Shown: positions 27,401-39,400 of the stretch, one piece after another
How the letters are laid out: each line of letters starts with the position of its first letter
Numbering within the stretch: the first letter of the stretch is position 1
From: Candidatus Omnitrophota bacterium
GTDB lineage: Bacteria; Omnitrophota; Gorgyraeia; Velamenicoccales; JABMQK01
Direction: 5' to 3'
Length of the DNA: 64,000 bases
NCBI GenBank assembly: GCA_028711115.1
Contig: JAQTSV010000001.1
Location: forward strand, 1,496,928-1,560,927
Position numbers and translations under genes: made by a program
The notes under the pieces: model-generated
The model's database searches: none
What the model was told of the DNA's origin: nothing
The model's input: only the letters and a program-made list of their open reading frames with translations

Positions 27401-30400
27401 GATGCTGTGTCATTGCTGCAGTGCCTAATAACTTTCTAAAATATTTAACCAGTTCATCTAACGACACCTGGCTTATCGGGCTGGAGGATTGCAAATTGCC
27501 TTTTAAAGCTTTAGGCCCTGTTACAGCAATAAAACCGCCATCTATATAGGTATCTTCCGGTATAGCCAAATCCTTGAATATTTCCAGGCCTTTCTTTTCG
27601 CTAAATTCCCATTTCGGCCTAAAGCCCAATGCGCAGCTAGCCAATAAAATATTGGCAATGGCTGCTCCTGTATCCAAGTAAACAAATAAATTCTCGCCGC
27701 GTTCCTTGGTTGTGGTGGAGTGTTGCGAAAGATCACCAACTCTCCCTGCTCTTTTTACGTTTCCGATTACATAAACACCAAAAGGAATCATCTTGGCATC
27801 CAAATCAAGAACACTGCATACACTTTTTGTCCTTTTTTCAGTAAGGATAAATTCCGAAGTCTGAAGATTTTTGGCAGTGGGCGCCCATCGCGCAGCTTCC
27901 AAAAGAAATAAAATATTCTTTTCAGATTCACGAGGATTGGAGTTGGCAAAAGCAGCGCAATGATTCATGAACAGACTGGAAACAAGCGCGTATCCGTCGC
28001 CCGTGTCAAAAGTATCAATACCATCCTGAAGGACCTTTCCAGTATGGCCATTCTTATACTCAAGCTGATTAACTTTTCTGGCTTCGGTTTCTACTGCGGA
28101 TAAATCAATTACGGTATTTTCCTGCCAGGTTTCATGATGCGTTCTTTCCGCAATGTCTCTTCTCTTGGCTACGCGCATAGGCTCAGCAGGATAACCTAAC
28201 GGTATAATCGCTATCGGAGTTAAATCCGGGTTCGTTTTTAAAATTCCTCTGACTCTCTCTTCATCAAAACTACTAATCCAGAGAGAACTCAGGCCGAACG
28301 ATGTGGCCATAAGCAAAATATTCTCTATGTAAAGCCCTGCAGAAAGCAAGGTTCTTTGCTTATCCCTGGCCAATGCTCGTTTCTCGGCAAGGAATACCAA
28401 AGAAACCGGCGCCTGCGCTGGTTGCGGCTGTTTACCTTTCTTTATATCTTTGCCTAATTTTTCCCTGCTTCGTTTATTTTCAACAATAGCTATCTCAAAA
28501 TCGCTAGGATAAATAAAATATGCTGACCATTGCCGCGCATATTCCAATATCCTTTTAACTACTTCCTCATCTACTCCTTTATCAGGATCAAATTTTCTCA
28601 CGCTTCTTCGCGAGAGAATAACCTTGCCGATTCTATCTTTCAGCTGAGCCGGCGTAAATACATCTCCCGTTGTCTGCGTAAATGCCGGCATAGCCCAGCG
28701 GAATATACTCGACAGTACTTCTGATTCTTCTTCCAGTGCGCGCTTGAGAGATTTTCTATCCATGCCAAGTATGCAATCAACCCAGACGCCGAAATTACTT
28801 AGTGTTTTTAATGTAACTTCGGGAGTAACCCTAATAACATCAAAAAGTGAAATTCCTGAATCTATTATTCTTCCAATTTGATTAAATACAAAATCGCGAT
28901 GGCTCTGTTTTATTTTCTTATCGTAGAAAATGTCATGGCAGAAATATCCGAAATAAGCTATATGGAAGCGGTAGTCTATGCCGCGCTTTGCATACGCCAG
29001 TGACCACTCCAATGACTTTAATAATACTTCCGGCCCCATATCCGAAAGTACATACCTATATATATTAAAATGAAGGAATGTATTGGAATCTCCAGTGCGC
29101 GATGTAACAATTTTCATATTCTTTCTTTGCAAAGTAAGTGCTATCTCCTGAACTAAATCCAATGCCCTAAAGAACTCTTCAAGAGTAAACCAACGGATAT
29201 GTTTATGATATGGCTTTCTGATTGGCAGAAAATCATAGAGCAGAAGATAGGGGTCAAATCCTGCGCGGCTTAATAAAGTTGCGTTTTCGGCTATTCTGTT
29301 CCAAACCAGCGGCTGTTCGCTTTCGCTAAACTGACTTACCATTTCTTCGTAACCTTCTTCTGTATAATTACCGAACCGATCTCCGAGAAGTTTGCGTATC
29401 TGCTCTTTTCCATAAACGATATAATCCAGCGATACAAATCCATCAAAATGCGCGTGCTTAAGGAAGTGTTGTTTTATTTCGTCTCTTCCCATTGGTTTGT
29501 AGTTATTGTTGTAACCGGTACGCCTTCTTTCCTCTTCGGTCAATAAATTCAGGCATTCGTCATGGCTATAAAGCGACATTACGACTGGCGCCCTGGCAAA
29601 AATATCCATAAAATGTTCATCGCGCAGGAAGGGCGCGGTTCCTAATAAAAGCGAATTATGTCGGCCCATTAAGCGCGCGGCAATAAAACGTCCGTAGAGC
29701 GTATAAGCAAAAACCATGATGCGTGGATCATTATATTTAAACAAAGGCGTCTCTTCCACGCGGAAATAATCACTGATCATCTTAATGCTATAACTCAGGC
29801 GAGCTTCAGCAAACACTGTCATAAACACATTGGTATAAGCGCTGCCTGTTGAAGGATAATTCAACAATTCCTGCGCAGCGGCAACCGCGCTGAGTTCATA
29901 TTTGGCAAATTCTTTTAATTGGCCTTCTGCGTCGCGGAAACCGGCTAATTCAAGTATTGACAAAAATCTCCTAAACTCATCGGCATAAATATGCAGGAAT
30001 TCTTTTGTATTGGCATTGTAAGCAAAGAAACCGGGGACTTTTTTCATAAGTTGTAAAAATTCTTTGCTTTCTTTAGTATGCCCGCTTTTTTTCAATTCTC
30101 CTGCCACGTGATTAATTAATCCCTGGTTAATGCGGCTAATATGAGAAACTTTCCAGTGATAGCGGCTTACTTCGTCATAGTGTATTAAATCTTTGGCCAG
30201 CCCTCCCATTTTAATCTCTCTGGAAGAATCATTTATCGGCGAGCTGGAGATCCACTCTTTTATCCGCAAATCAATTGGTTGCTGCAATACTCTAATGGCT
30301 TGGGCATTATCATCAAAAGCTATTACATTCTTTCTGGTCTGTCCACACTCCTGGCATCTATAAACAATCATCCAGCGTTTCTTATCACTATTATATTCGA

Positions 30401-33400
30401 CGCCAATCGGCTCCAATAATCCTTTGCATTCTGACGCGCGGTCTCCCGGCTTTAAATCATCAAGGTGCTTTGACCATAAACAAATCGTGCAATGATCCCT
30501 ATGGAGCCCTCTTTTGAAGGAAGGAACTTCTCTGCCGCAATGCTCACAAATAAATGCCGTATTATTCTTTATCGGCGAGCTTGCGGCTAAATCTTTCACC
30601 ACGCGCGTGCAGAGGCCGCCTTGGTCTATCTTTGATAAATTCTCAGGATTAGTGATTACGACTTCTTCAGCCGCTCCCAAATCAACCAATTCAATAGCCG
30701 CTTCTATTTTAGGCAGCATTGAGCCGGCGGCGAATTGATTTTGTTCGATATATTGTTTTAATTGGGCAGTTGTTACTACGAGGATTGGATCTTTGGTTGT
30801 CTTAAAATTAATGTAGGCGCAGGGGACTTCTGTGGAGATAATCAAACGCCTTACAGGCGGCCCGCGCTCAGCTAATTCTCTTACCAGGCGCGCGGTAGCC
30901 AAATCTTTATCAATGACTGCGGCAAGCCAGCTATTTACATTATTTATATCAACAGGGATTCCGCCGCCTCCGACGCAGATTACAATTTTTTCTTCCGACA
31001 ACAACTTGCATATTGAATCAATTGCGACAGTGCGTAAAGGTTTGGGGCTGGCAACTCTAGGCCTTTCTATCTTCTTTCCGGCTATATCAAACCTCTGCAA
31101 ACCAATTGGCTTTGTGGGATTGGTAAAACCTTTATCTTGGCTATCCACAGCTACGCGGGTAATTACTATACGTATTTTTTGCCTATCGATTCCTAAATTA
31201 ACCAGCGCCTCCAAAATATCGCGGCCAATCCAGATTTGCGTCTTCATTACAACATCGGCCAAATTGTTATTAATAAATTCCTGGTCTTTTGCCAAATCAA
31301 TCGGCCTTTCCAGCATTTTCTCAAGCAGCGCTCCTGCTTCTGGGCCGTTACCGTGAGTTACTATGCCACCGTTTCTTAATCCCCCGGCCATCTGTTTCAC
31401 TGTTTCCAAAACTCTTTCTCTTTGCAGGCGTTTAATTTCAACCCAATGGCTATCCAACCAAGGATATAGTTTACTTACGTCTTCCGCCAATAACAGCGAA
31501 TTCCCGCCCACAGTGTAAATTGTATCTACCTGCTTTAGCGGGCTGGAGTTTCTTGTCCCGCTATAACGTAATGTCTGTTCAACTATCTGATTAATATCGT
31601 CTGAATCCGCCATTACTAGATGAGTTATGTTGCCTTTTCTTATTATCCGATTAGCGGCTATCAATGAATTTATTTCCATTGCGTCTGAATAAGGATAAAG
31701 ATCTAATAAGTCCGATTCTTTTTTTGTTATTGGCTTACCTTTTGCAATACGATAAAGAAGGTCGTGATGTACGGGGCTGGTCTTTTCTTTAATATGACGC
31801 ATAATAGAATCATTCGTTGCTTCCCACAAGCCAAACTCCTGTAAGGCTTCTTTATATGGCATAACCACAATTAATCCTTCTTTTTCCAAAGGATAGAACT
31901 GCTGAAGCGTTGCATCAATAAATAAAACCTCCTGGCTATCCAAAATGAGCACTATCCAACAATGTTTAGTAATCCTTTCTATTCCGTGTTCATCAGGTTC
32001 CAAATACTTGAATCCTAATACCACTTCTAATCTATCTGGCTTATTCTTGCTTATTGGCAAACCAAATTTCTCCGAAATTATCCTGGCAAGGGCAAATGAC
32101 GAATGCATGCAAACAAAGGGATACTCTAACTGAGGCGAGTTAAATGTTGTCCTTAAGGTCCAATGATATCGGGAAGCTATGGAAGCAAGAAATTCCTCTA
32201 TTTGTTCAGAATAACCGTATTCGTGGACTTTGAGCGGTGAGGAGGATGAAGTTTTAATCCTTTTGCACACATCATCATGCAATTTCGCAAACTCTGCTAC
32301 ATAATGAGATAATGAATATTCCGTGCTTTGAATAATACGCATGGCTTCTTCACAGAGCGCTTTTAACCCGAATAATACTTCAACACTGGAATTTCCAGGT
32401 ACCGCATCTAATCTCTCCTTTATATTTGTAAACAAAGAAACAAGTGTATCGAATTCCTCGATTTTACCGATTTGTATGTCATGGCATATATCCAAAAGCA
32501 TATATGCAAATAAATCTATGCATAACAAGACGTTCAATTGATCTTTATCAAATTGAGCTGTCTTTTGGTATACAACATTTCCACACTTCAAGAATGGTAA
32601 CCCGGCCAAGCCTGCTTTCTCTAGAATAATCTTGGGTTCTTGTTCAGCAGAAAAAGCACAGAAAAACTCCAAACCTAATATTGAAGGCCTGAAAAACACA
32701 GTTGGATGTTTGACATATCTAATTAGGAATAAATCTCCTAAACTGGCTTCAGCGATAAATTTCTTATAAAAAGCCGGTAAACAAAGTTGTTGGAGATGAA
32801 GATGGCCTACAGGACAATCCAGGATATAAAGAGTTGGCTGATTAAATAACGTAGCGTTATTCACGTCGTAATAATTTTCGGTTATGGCTTCAAATTCTAA
32901 TTGCCTGCCTTTGGAACTAAAGAATATTCTGCCGTCTACAAGCGTAAAATCAGAACCCACAGCCTTGCCGAGATTATCTTGTAAAGCAGAAAGCGCACCA
33001 GAATCCACATCGTTAACAACAACCTTTTTAAGATTTGGCAATCTATCCAACAGCCTAACCAATGCTTGCGCGTCATCGCCAGACCCAGGATAATAAAGAA
33101 TCTCTATGCTGTTTAACATAACACCTGTATTTATTTTCTTATTTGCATAATCAATGACTTCTGAAACCGGTGGAACAGAGGAAGGCATTCCTGTTTCCAC
33201 AGGCAATATGCCAGAGGATTCTTCCGTAACAATCTGGGTTGGTAAGGGTCCTGTGATTTCTCTAGAAGAAGAAATTCCTAATGCCTCGTCTATTGAGGGT
33301 TGGTCTAAGGAAAATATCCCTACAGCTTTAACAGTTATTGGGCTTGAAGTAGAGTGTTCGGAGAAGAATTTTGATAAGTTATTATCCATTTCGCTTTTCT

Positions 33401-36400
33401 CCACCGGTGAGCTGGAGCGCGGCTGAGGATTGAGTTCCATCTTCATAAATATCAACGCGCCGCCTAAACCTGCGATTCTTTCATCGTTAACAACAGGCTC
33501 TTCTTTTGACCAGCGATAACCTTTTGTATAAATTACGAATTTATCAACACCTTCCATGGCTCTTAGGATTCCCATTCCATATCCCTGCCAACGCGTACCC
33601 GGTATAGTCGGCCTTACGACAAATCTGCCATTTTCTGCGATGCGCAAGACAGGTACGCCACTATTATCAGCATAAAAACCATCGCCTCTGTCCATAGCTG
33701 CCAGATATATCCAGCCATTTTCCCTGTCTATTCTGACGAATAATATGCCATCGTCACCGGCATACTTCCTAATATTCTCTGTTAAGCACATAATCTTAAA
33801 CATTATGTTTTCTAGTTTTGTTGCATCTTTATAAAACCAGAGACGGAATAAGGCGTGTCTTACCACCTCATCCAATTCGTGCTTTTTACCTCTTAAAACA
33901 ATATCCCCTTCTTGTCCTTCTGTTTTTATGGATTCGAGATTGCCATTAAATAATCTCCAGAGCTCCATTGCGTCGGAAATGAATCGGCCTTCATCTATGG
34001 GCGAAGAGGATTGTTCAACCCTAAACCTTTGAACCAATTTCTTAGTCCATTCAATGGCCTGTTCCTGAGGAGCAAAAAGCGGAGCAGTGGCAATTACAAA
34101 TGCTCCGAATGATACGCCAAGGCCGGCCAAAAATTCTGTGAGGCTGTCTGCTTTCTTATCAAATTCTGAATCCCTGCGCTCACTGCCTCTGGTGGCATAA
34201 TCCCATTCCAGGCTTCCGATGAGCTGGCTTCTTTCGAATCCGCGGGATTCCAAGAATGCCTTTAATTGACTTTCCGCTATTGTTATAACTGAAAATTCTC
34301 CTACTATTCTCATTGTGGGCTTAAGCGCCTCTTCTAAATAATTAACAGCTATGGATTGGTATTTATGCCACCTTGAATTATGTATTATCTTATAACGAGA
34401 ACCTGATGATTCTCCTGCATTAAACTCTTCAGGATTTTCATAATCATCCGGCTTAACATCGATAATCAATGTGATAAAACCTGTCAGTAGAGAAGGTGTA
34501 ATAAACCGCGATATGCCCAACAAAGCATTGTTATCTAGTTTCACAACCAATCTTACAATTTGATCCAAGTCCATTTGTGGAGAAATTATTTTGTCATCAT
34601 CTAGCCAATTCATATCTTGGTGATGATCAAAGCGCACCAAGACATTGCCCTTAGACCTTAGATTTCCTAAAAGCATGGAAAGATTTACGCACAAAAGCTC
34701 TTCATAGTGGTGATCAATTAAATATGTATTCCCTAATCGGCCGACTTGCGGAATGAATACGCTTGCCACTAATCCTTTTGCAAAAGCGGCTGCCATAGGA
34801 CAGGTAAGCCCGCCGCTCTCAAGGCCAAAGAACTTAAGCGAATCAGAGAGTTTTAAGTTTCCTTCGGTTCCTAAAATTAACCGTGGATAATTGCCTGCGA
34901 AATGCCATTTCTCATCTGCGCCGAGCCTGAAAAGCTGTTCAATTCCCAGCGGCGAAGAGGAATTTTCAGAAACACCGCGCGTATAAATTGAATAAGGTAT
35001 CAATACCGGATATGTGCCTATTTCGATTTCTTCATATGAAAGTTCTGAATCATCAGAGATTATTTCATATTCGGCGAATACAATAAACCTTGCGCCTGGT
35101 TTTAAGCCTGTCGGACTTATCATTTTTTCTCTTAAAACTCTGTTGAATTCCCTGTTTGTTCCGTAAATAGAGGGGACTGTATGATAGAAATACAAAACAT
35201 CGAATCTGCGAAGGTCTGCCTTTAAGAAATCGCAATGAACAAATTTGATATTGGCTACGCCTGGAATCTTACTTGTCAGCTGGGCTTGATTTTCTAAAGC
35301 AGCTTGGTGCAGAGAATTCTTCCATTCCATAGAAACAACACGGTCAAAATATCTTGCCGCCAAGAAAGCCCACTTGCCATTTCCGCCGCCAAGATCCGCT
35401 ACATTTGCATCAGGATTAAGGGTTCTTATATAATGCAAAATATACAATGCCCATAATGTGGGGGTCAGCTTGAATATACCGTATTTCTTATCGCCGTGAT
35501 TATCCACACACAACCATCTTGCCTGCTTTTCACATAACCGCTCTATAGTCCAAACCAAATAATGTGCGCTTTCACTACGCGCTTGCTTCACTATGGTGTC
35601 GTTATTTTCAACAACAGGCGAAGAAGAAATCTTTCCGAAATTGAATATACCATAGCCCCAGCCAGGGAGCTGAACCAGCAATTTCGGAGATTTGTCTTTC
35701 TCCGCAATGCCATATTTAACATTGGAAGAATGAAGCGCATCCAAAAGTTTTCCGGAAATTTGCCTTGGTGCTTTAGAGTCGTCTTTATAATAATCGAAAA
35801 CCGTATCTAACCCAACCATTACGATTTCTTCGCGCGGAGAATAATTTACAAAAACCAAAGAATCCCTATCGGCCGTATGCCTTACAAAAGAAACTATTCC
35901 GTCTCCTGATTCATGCCTCGCCCAAAGATCACCTCTCATAACAATTTGTAAAACAGATCCTTCAAATCCATACGGATTGTCTTTCGGTATAATACTCTGA
36001 ACATCTTCAAACCTTGTGCTATAGAGTTCTCCTTGCCTGAATACCGGCTGGGACAATAAAGGCAACAATTGTTCAAGCTCCGGTATAAATCTCTCATCTC
36101 CGGTTAATACATCCGGATATTTGAATGCATAAATGCCGGAATCAGGAGATTTGTCTTCCATTATCGCGCCTTCCGGAGTGCCCATACCCAACAACTGCCT
36201 CAAAGTCAAAAGCGGATAGCCTTCTATGGCAAACGAAATGACCGTTGCCGCCAATGCACGCTGTTTATTTCCAAATGCCTCGATAAACGGCTGCTCATCG
36301 TGATTTTCAGTAAAGTGGACGCACCTTGCCACAAATGCCCTTGGCGCATTTATAAACAAATACCCTCTTAAATCTCCGACATTTCCGCCTCGCAGAATAT

Positions 36401-39400
36401 CATAAACTTGCTTATGGTATGGAACCATGCCGAAACTCTGGAATGCGCCAGACCTACCCTGCCATGGGCTTTGCGTACTTTCCTTACCGTATTCATATGT
36501 TTCCGTAATCAACAACGTCTCGGGATTACTCTGTCTTGCTTTTTCGCTCATTTCCAGCCAAGGCTCACAAGGCATATACTTCTGAATAAACTCCTCCCAG
36601 CTTATTCCTAATGGCTTTGCCCATAAATCATAGATATGATACCTGAAAGCGGTATGTGCTAAATCTGCGCGCAGACCGCCGTTCAGCGTTAACTTTGCAA
36701 TCTTAGCCAACACTACATTAGCCATATATTGCCGCGCCACCGGGTCCATGTAATTTATCTGGGCCAAATTGCGCATATGATAATCGTTTACGCCTAAACG
36801 GGCATGGTGGATGACAAATCCGGGATTCATCCTCAAAATTTTTCTGCCGAACCTATAGAAAGGACAATTGCCTCGCCGCAACCAACTGGCTAATGACTTG
36901 TCTGAAAAACCCTGGATTCCAGGATATAATTTCCGCGCGACTTTGCAGAATTCATCAAAATCATAACTTAACACTAACCTTGGAACTCTGGAAATCTCCG
37001 GAGAATCAGCGGCAATATGATTGGTCACAAAATCAAATATAACGCTAATTCCTAATTCTTTCAGGTATTCGCAAACCTTCATAAATTCTTCATCGCTGTT
37101 TGCGAATACTCTGTCTAATTCATACCTGCGCACATCATATGCGGATGCCCAACGCTTAACCACCTGCTCATTGTGGCGCCTGCTGTAAACCTGCATAAAC
37201 CAGTTGGACAACTGGCTCTTCTCCCATACTCCCTTAAACCAAATCACACCCACTCCCAAATCAGCGATCCTCTTCCAGAATTCCTGCGGCACATTACCGA
37301 TTGTGCCGTAAGTTGCGGAAAGTGCGCGCGCATCAATTTCCAAAATTATTTTTGTGGAATTTGTTACGGGCGAACTGGCTCTCCCAGCATCTTCTAACTC
37401 TGAAGCCATTTTCTTAAACCAGCCCTTTTCTAATTTCTGGGCTGCACCACGAAGCATTAAATAATAAATCTGCGGCAGGAAAGATCTATGTTCATCTATG
37501 GCTCTGGCGATACTTTTAAAGAAGTTTCTGAATGGACGCGGGGTTGAAAACATCTGCGCTGAAATATTTCCGGTTTCCTGCGGCCTGTCCCATAAAGTGC
37601 GTAAATAGTCAACGGATTCTCTGCCTAATTTTTCTCCTATAAAAATATACAGGTCATAAAACGCGGTTGCCTGGAAAATCAGCCTCTCCCAGAAAAATGG
37701 CCTGCCGCTGGAAAGTAAATTAAGGTATAAAATATTTGCCAGATTATCCTGTCCGCTCACAACTGTAGGCAGGTCATCGCTATAAAGAAACAGTTCGCTG
37801 AAAAGTTTGCGCGGGACCGAATAATCCATAATGATTGTTACCTTGCTGTGTTTTGAAGCATTGAAAACCTTTAATTTCCTTGTCTTCTCGCTATAGATAA
37901 CCAGATTATAGCCATTGCTTTGTGCGATTTCTTTGATTCTCTGTTGTAAATCAGTGTTGCCTCTTCCGCACATGACAAAGAATGTCTTGTCTCCTTTTGC
38001 AAAATCAGGATCTTGTCGTCTGGCTATCTCAAATACCTCAAAATAGCTATTAACAGTAAAGGTTTCATGCGTATAAATAAAACCCCATTCTGAATTTACT
38101 GCTCTTTCAAGGCCGCCTCGCCCTAACAATGATTCCAAAACTTCCCACCCTTCAAATTTCTGAAGGATACGCCTGCGTTCGCCACGGATTCTCTCGTCAA
38201 CCCTCGGATACTTTTGGGAATACAATTTAGCACTCTGGGGTGACACGGGAGCCATACCAACGCAGTCATCTCCCAGCCCAATATGCGCATGGCCGGATTC
38301 CAAAGGATTCTGAAAAACATTCGTAAACCCTAATTCATGGACATAAATCTTTGTCTTGGCCCTGCCGCCCAATATGCTGTAATCAGTCCTGAATACTTCT
38401 CTTTCATTGCTTCCCAGCGCATAAATTATAGAAACGTCGTCTTTTCCAATAATCTTATTCTGGGCGATATACCATGGTTGACTCTCTAAATCTGTGTAGC
38501 CGTCTAATTCCGCTTCTTTTTCTCTAAATCCAAGGCTATATTTTTCTAAATTGATAATTTCTACGCCTTGAATATTTTGCCTTATTAAATCAGGATTGAC
38601 CTGAGGCAACAGTTTTGTTGTACAAAAAAGCCTGAAATCTCCATCTTTGTGGAAAATCACTCTCACTTTTTTGTTGGGGAAAGCGTTATGTAACGCTTGT
38701 GCTGCGTTCACTACGAAAACTATATCTCCCAATCCGGCATATCGTTCATAAAGCACAACATTAATTGCCCCGAAATGATCTGAATTCAAAAACAGATATG
38801 GAGAATCATACTGTATCCTCTGGACCGCCCTAGAGAAATCCCATCCCAAATCTCTTTTGAATATCCTTAAAAGTTTGGCAGCCTGCATCTGTTCAGCATG
38901 TTGTAAGTGTATATGCAATTCTTTTTCTTTTATGCTGACAAAATCTTTCTCTGCGTCAAAATGAATAACAAGTTTATTAAAATTAGCTATATTTTCGTGC
39001 CTTAATAAAATATTAATTGCTGTGAGGATATTTTCGTAAGCTGGCAGTAAAGCCCTTGCGCTCCTGTCAATCCTTTCTTCGTATTTATCGGAGAGATTAA
39101 ATTCTATAATCGGCGAAGAGCCAGATTCATGGGCGCTTTTATGTCCGCTATCATATTGTCTTTCGGACATTATCACAGGCGAGCTGGAGGACTTGATATA
39201 TAAAGATAAGGGCAGCGGTTTTCTTATAAGCGGCAAAGTAGTTAAATCTCCTAAAGCCACTCTTTGGCCTAACTCATGTGGGAATTTCCACCACCAATCT
39301 AAACCTCTTGCCTCTGGCGACTGCTCAGAAGTAAATATCTCTTCATAGGTTAATATTTCTGTTCCTTTAGAAAAACCTAAAGGATGTACAAAAAATGCTG

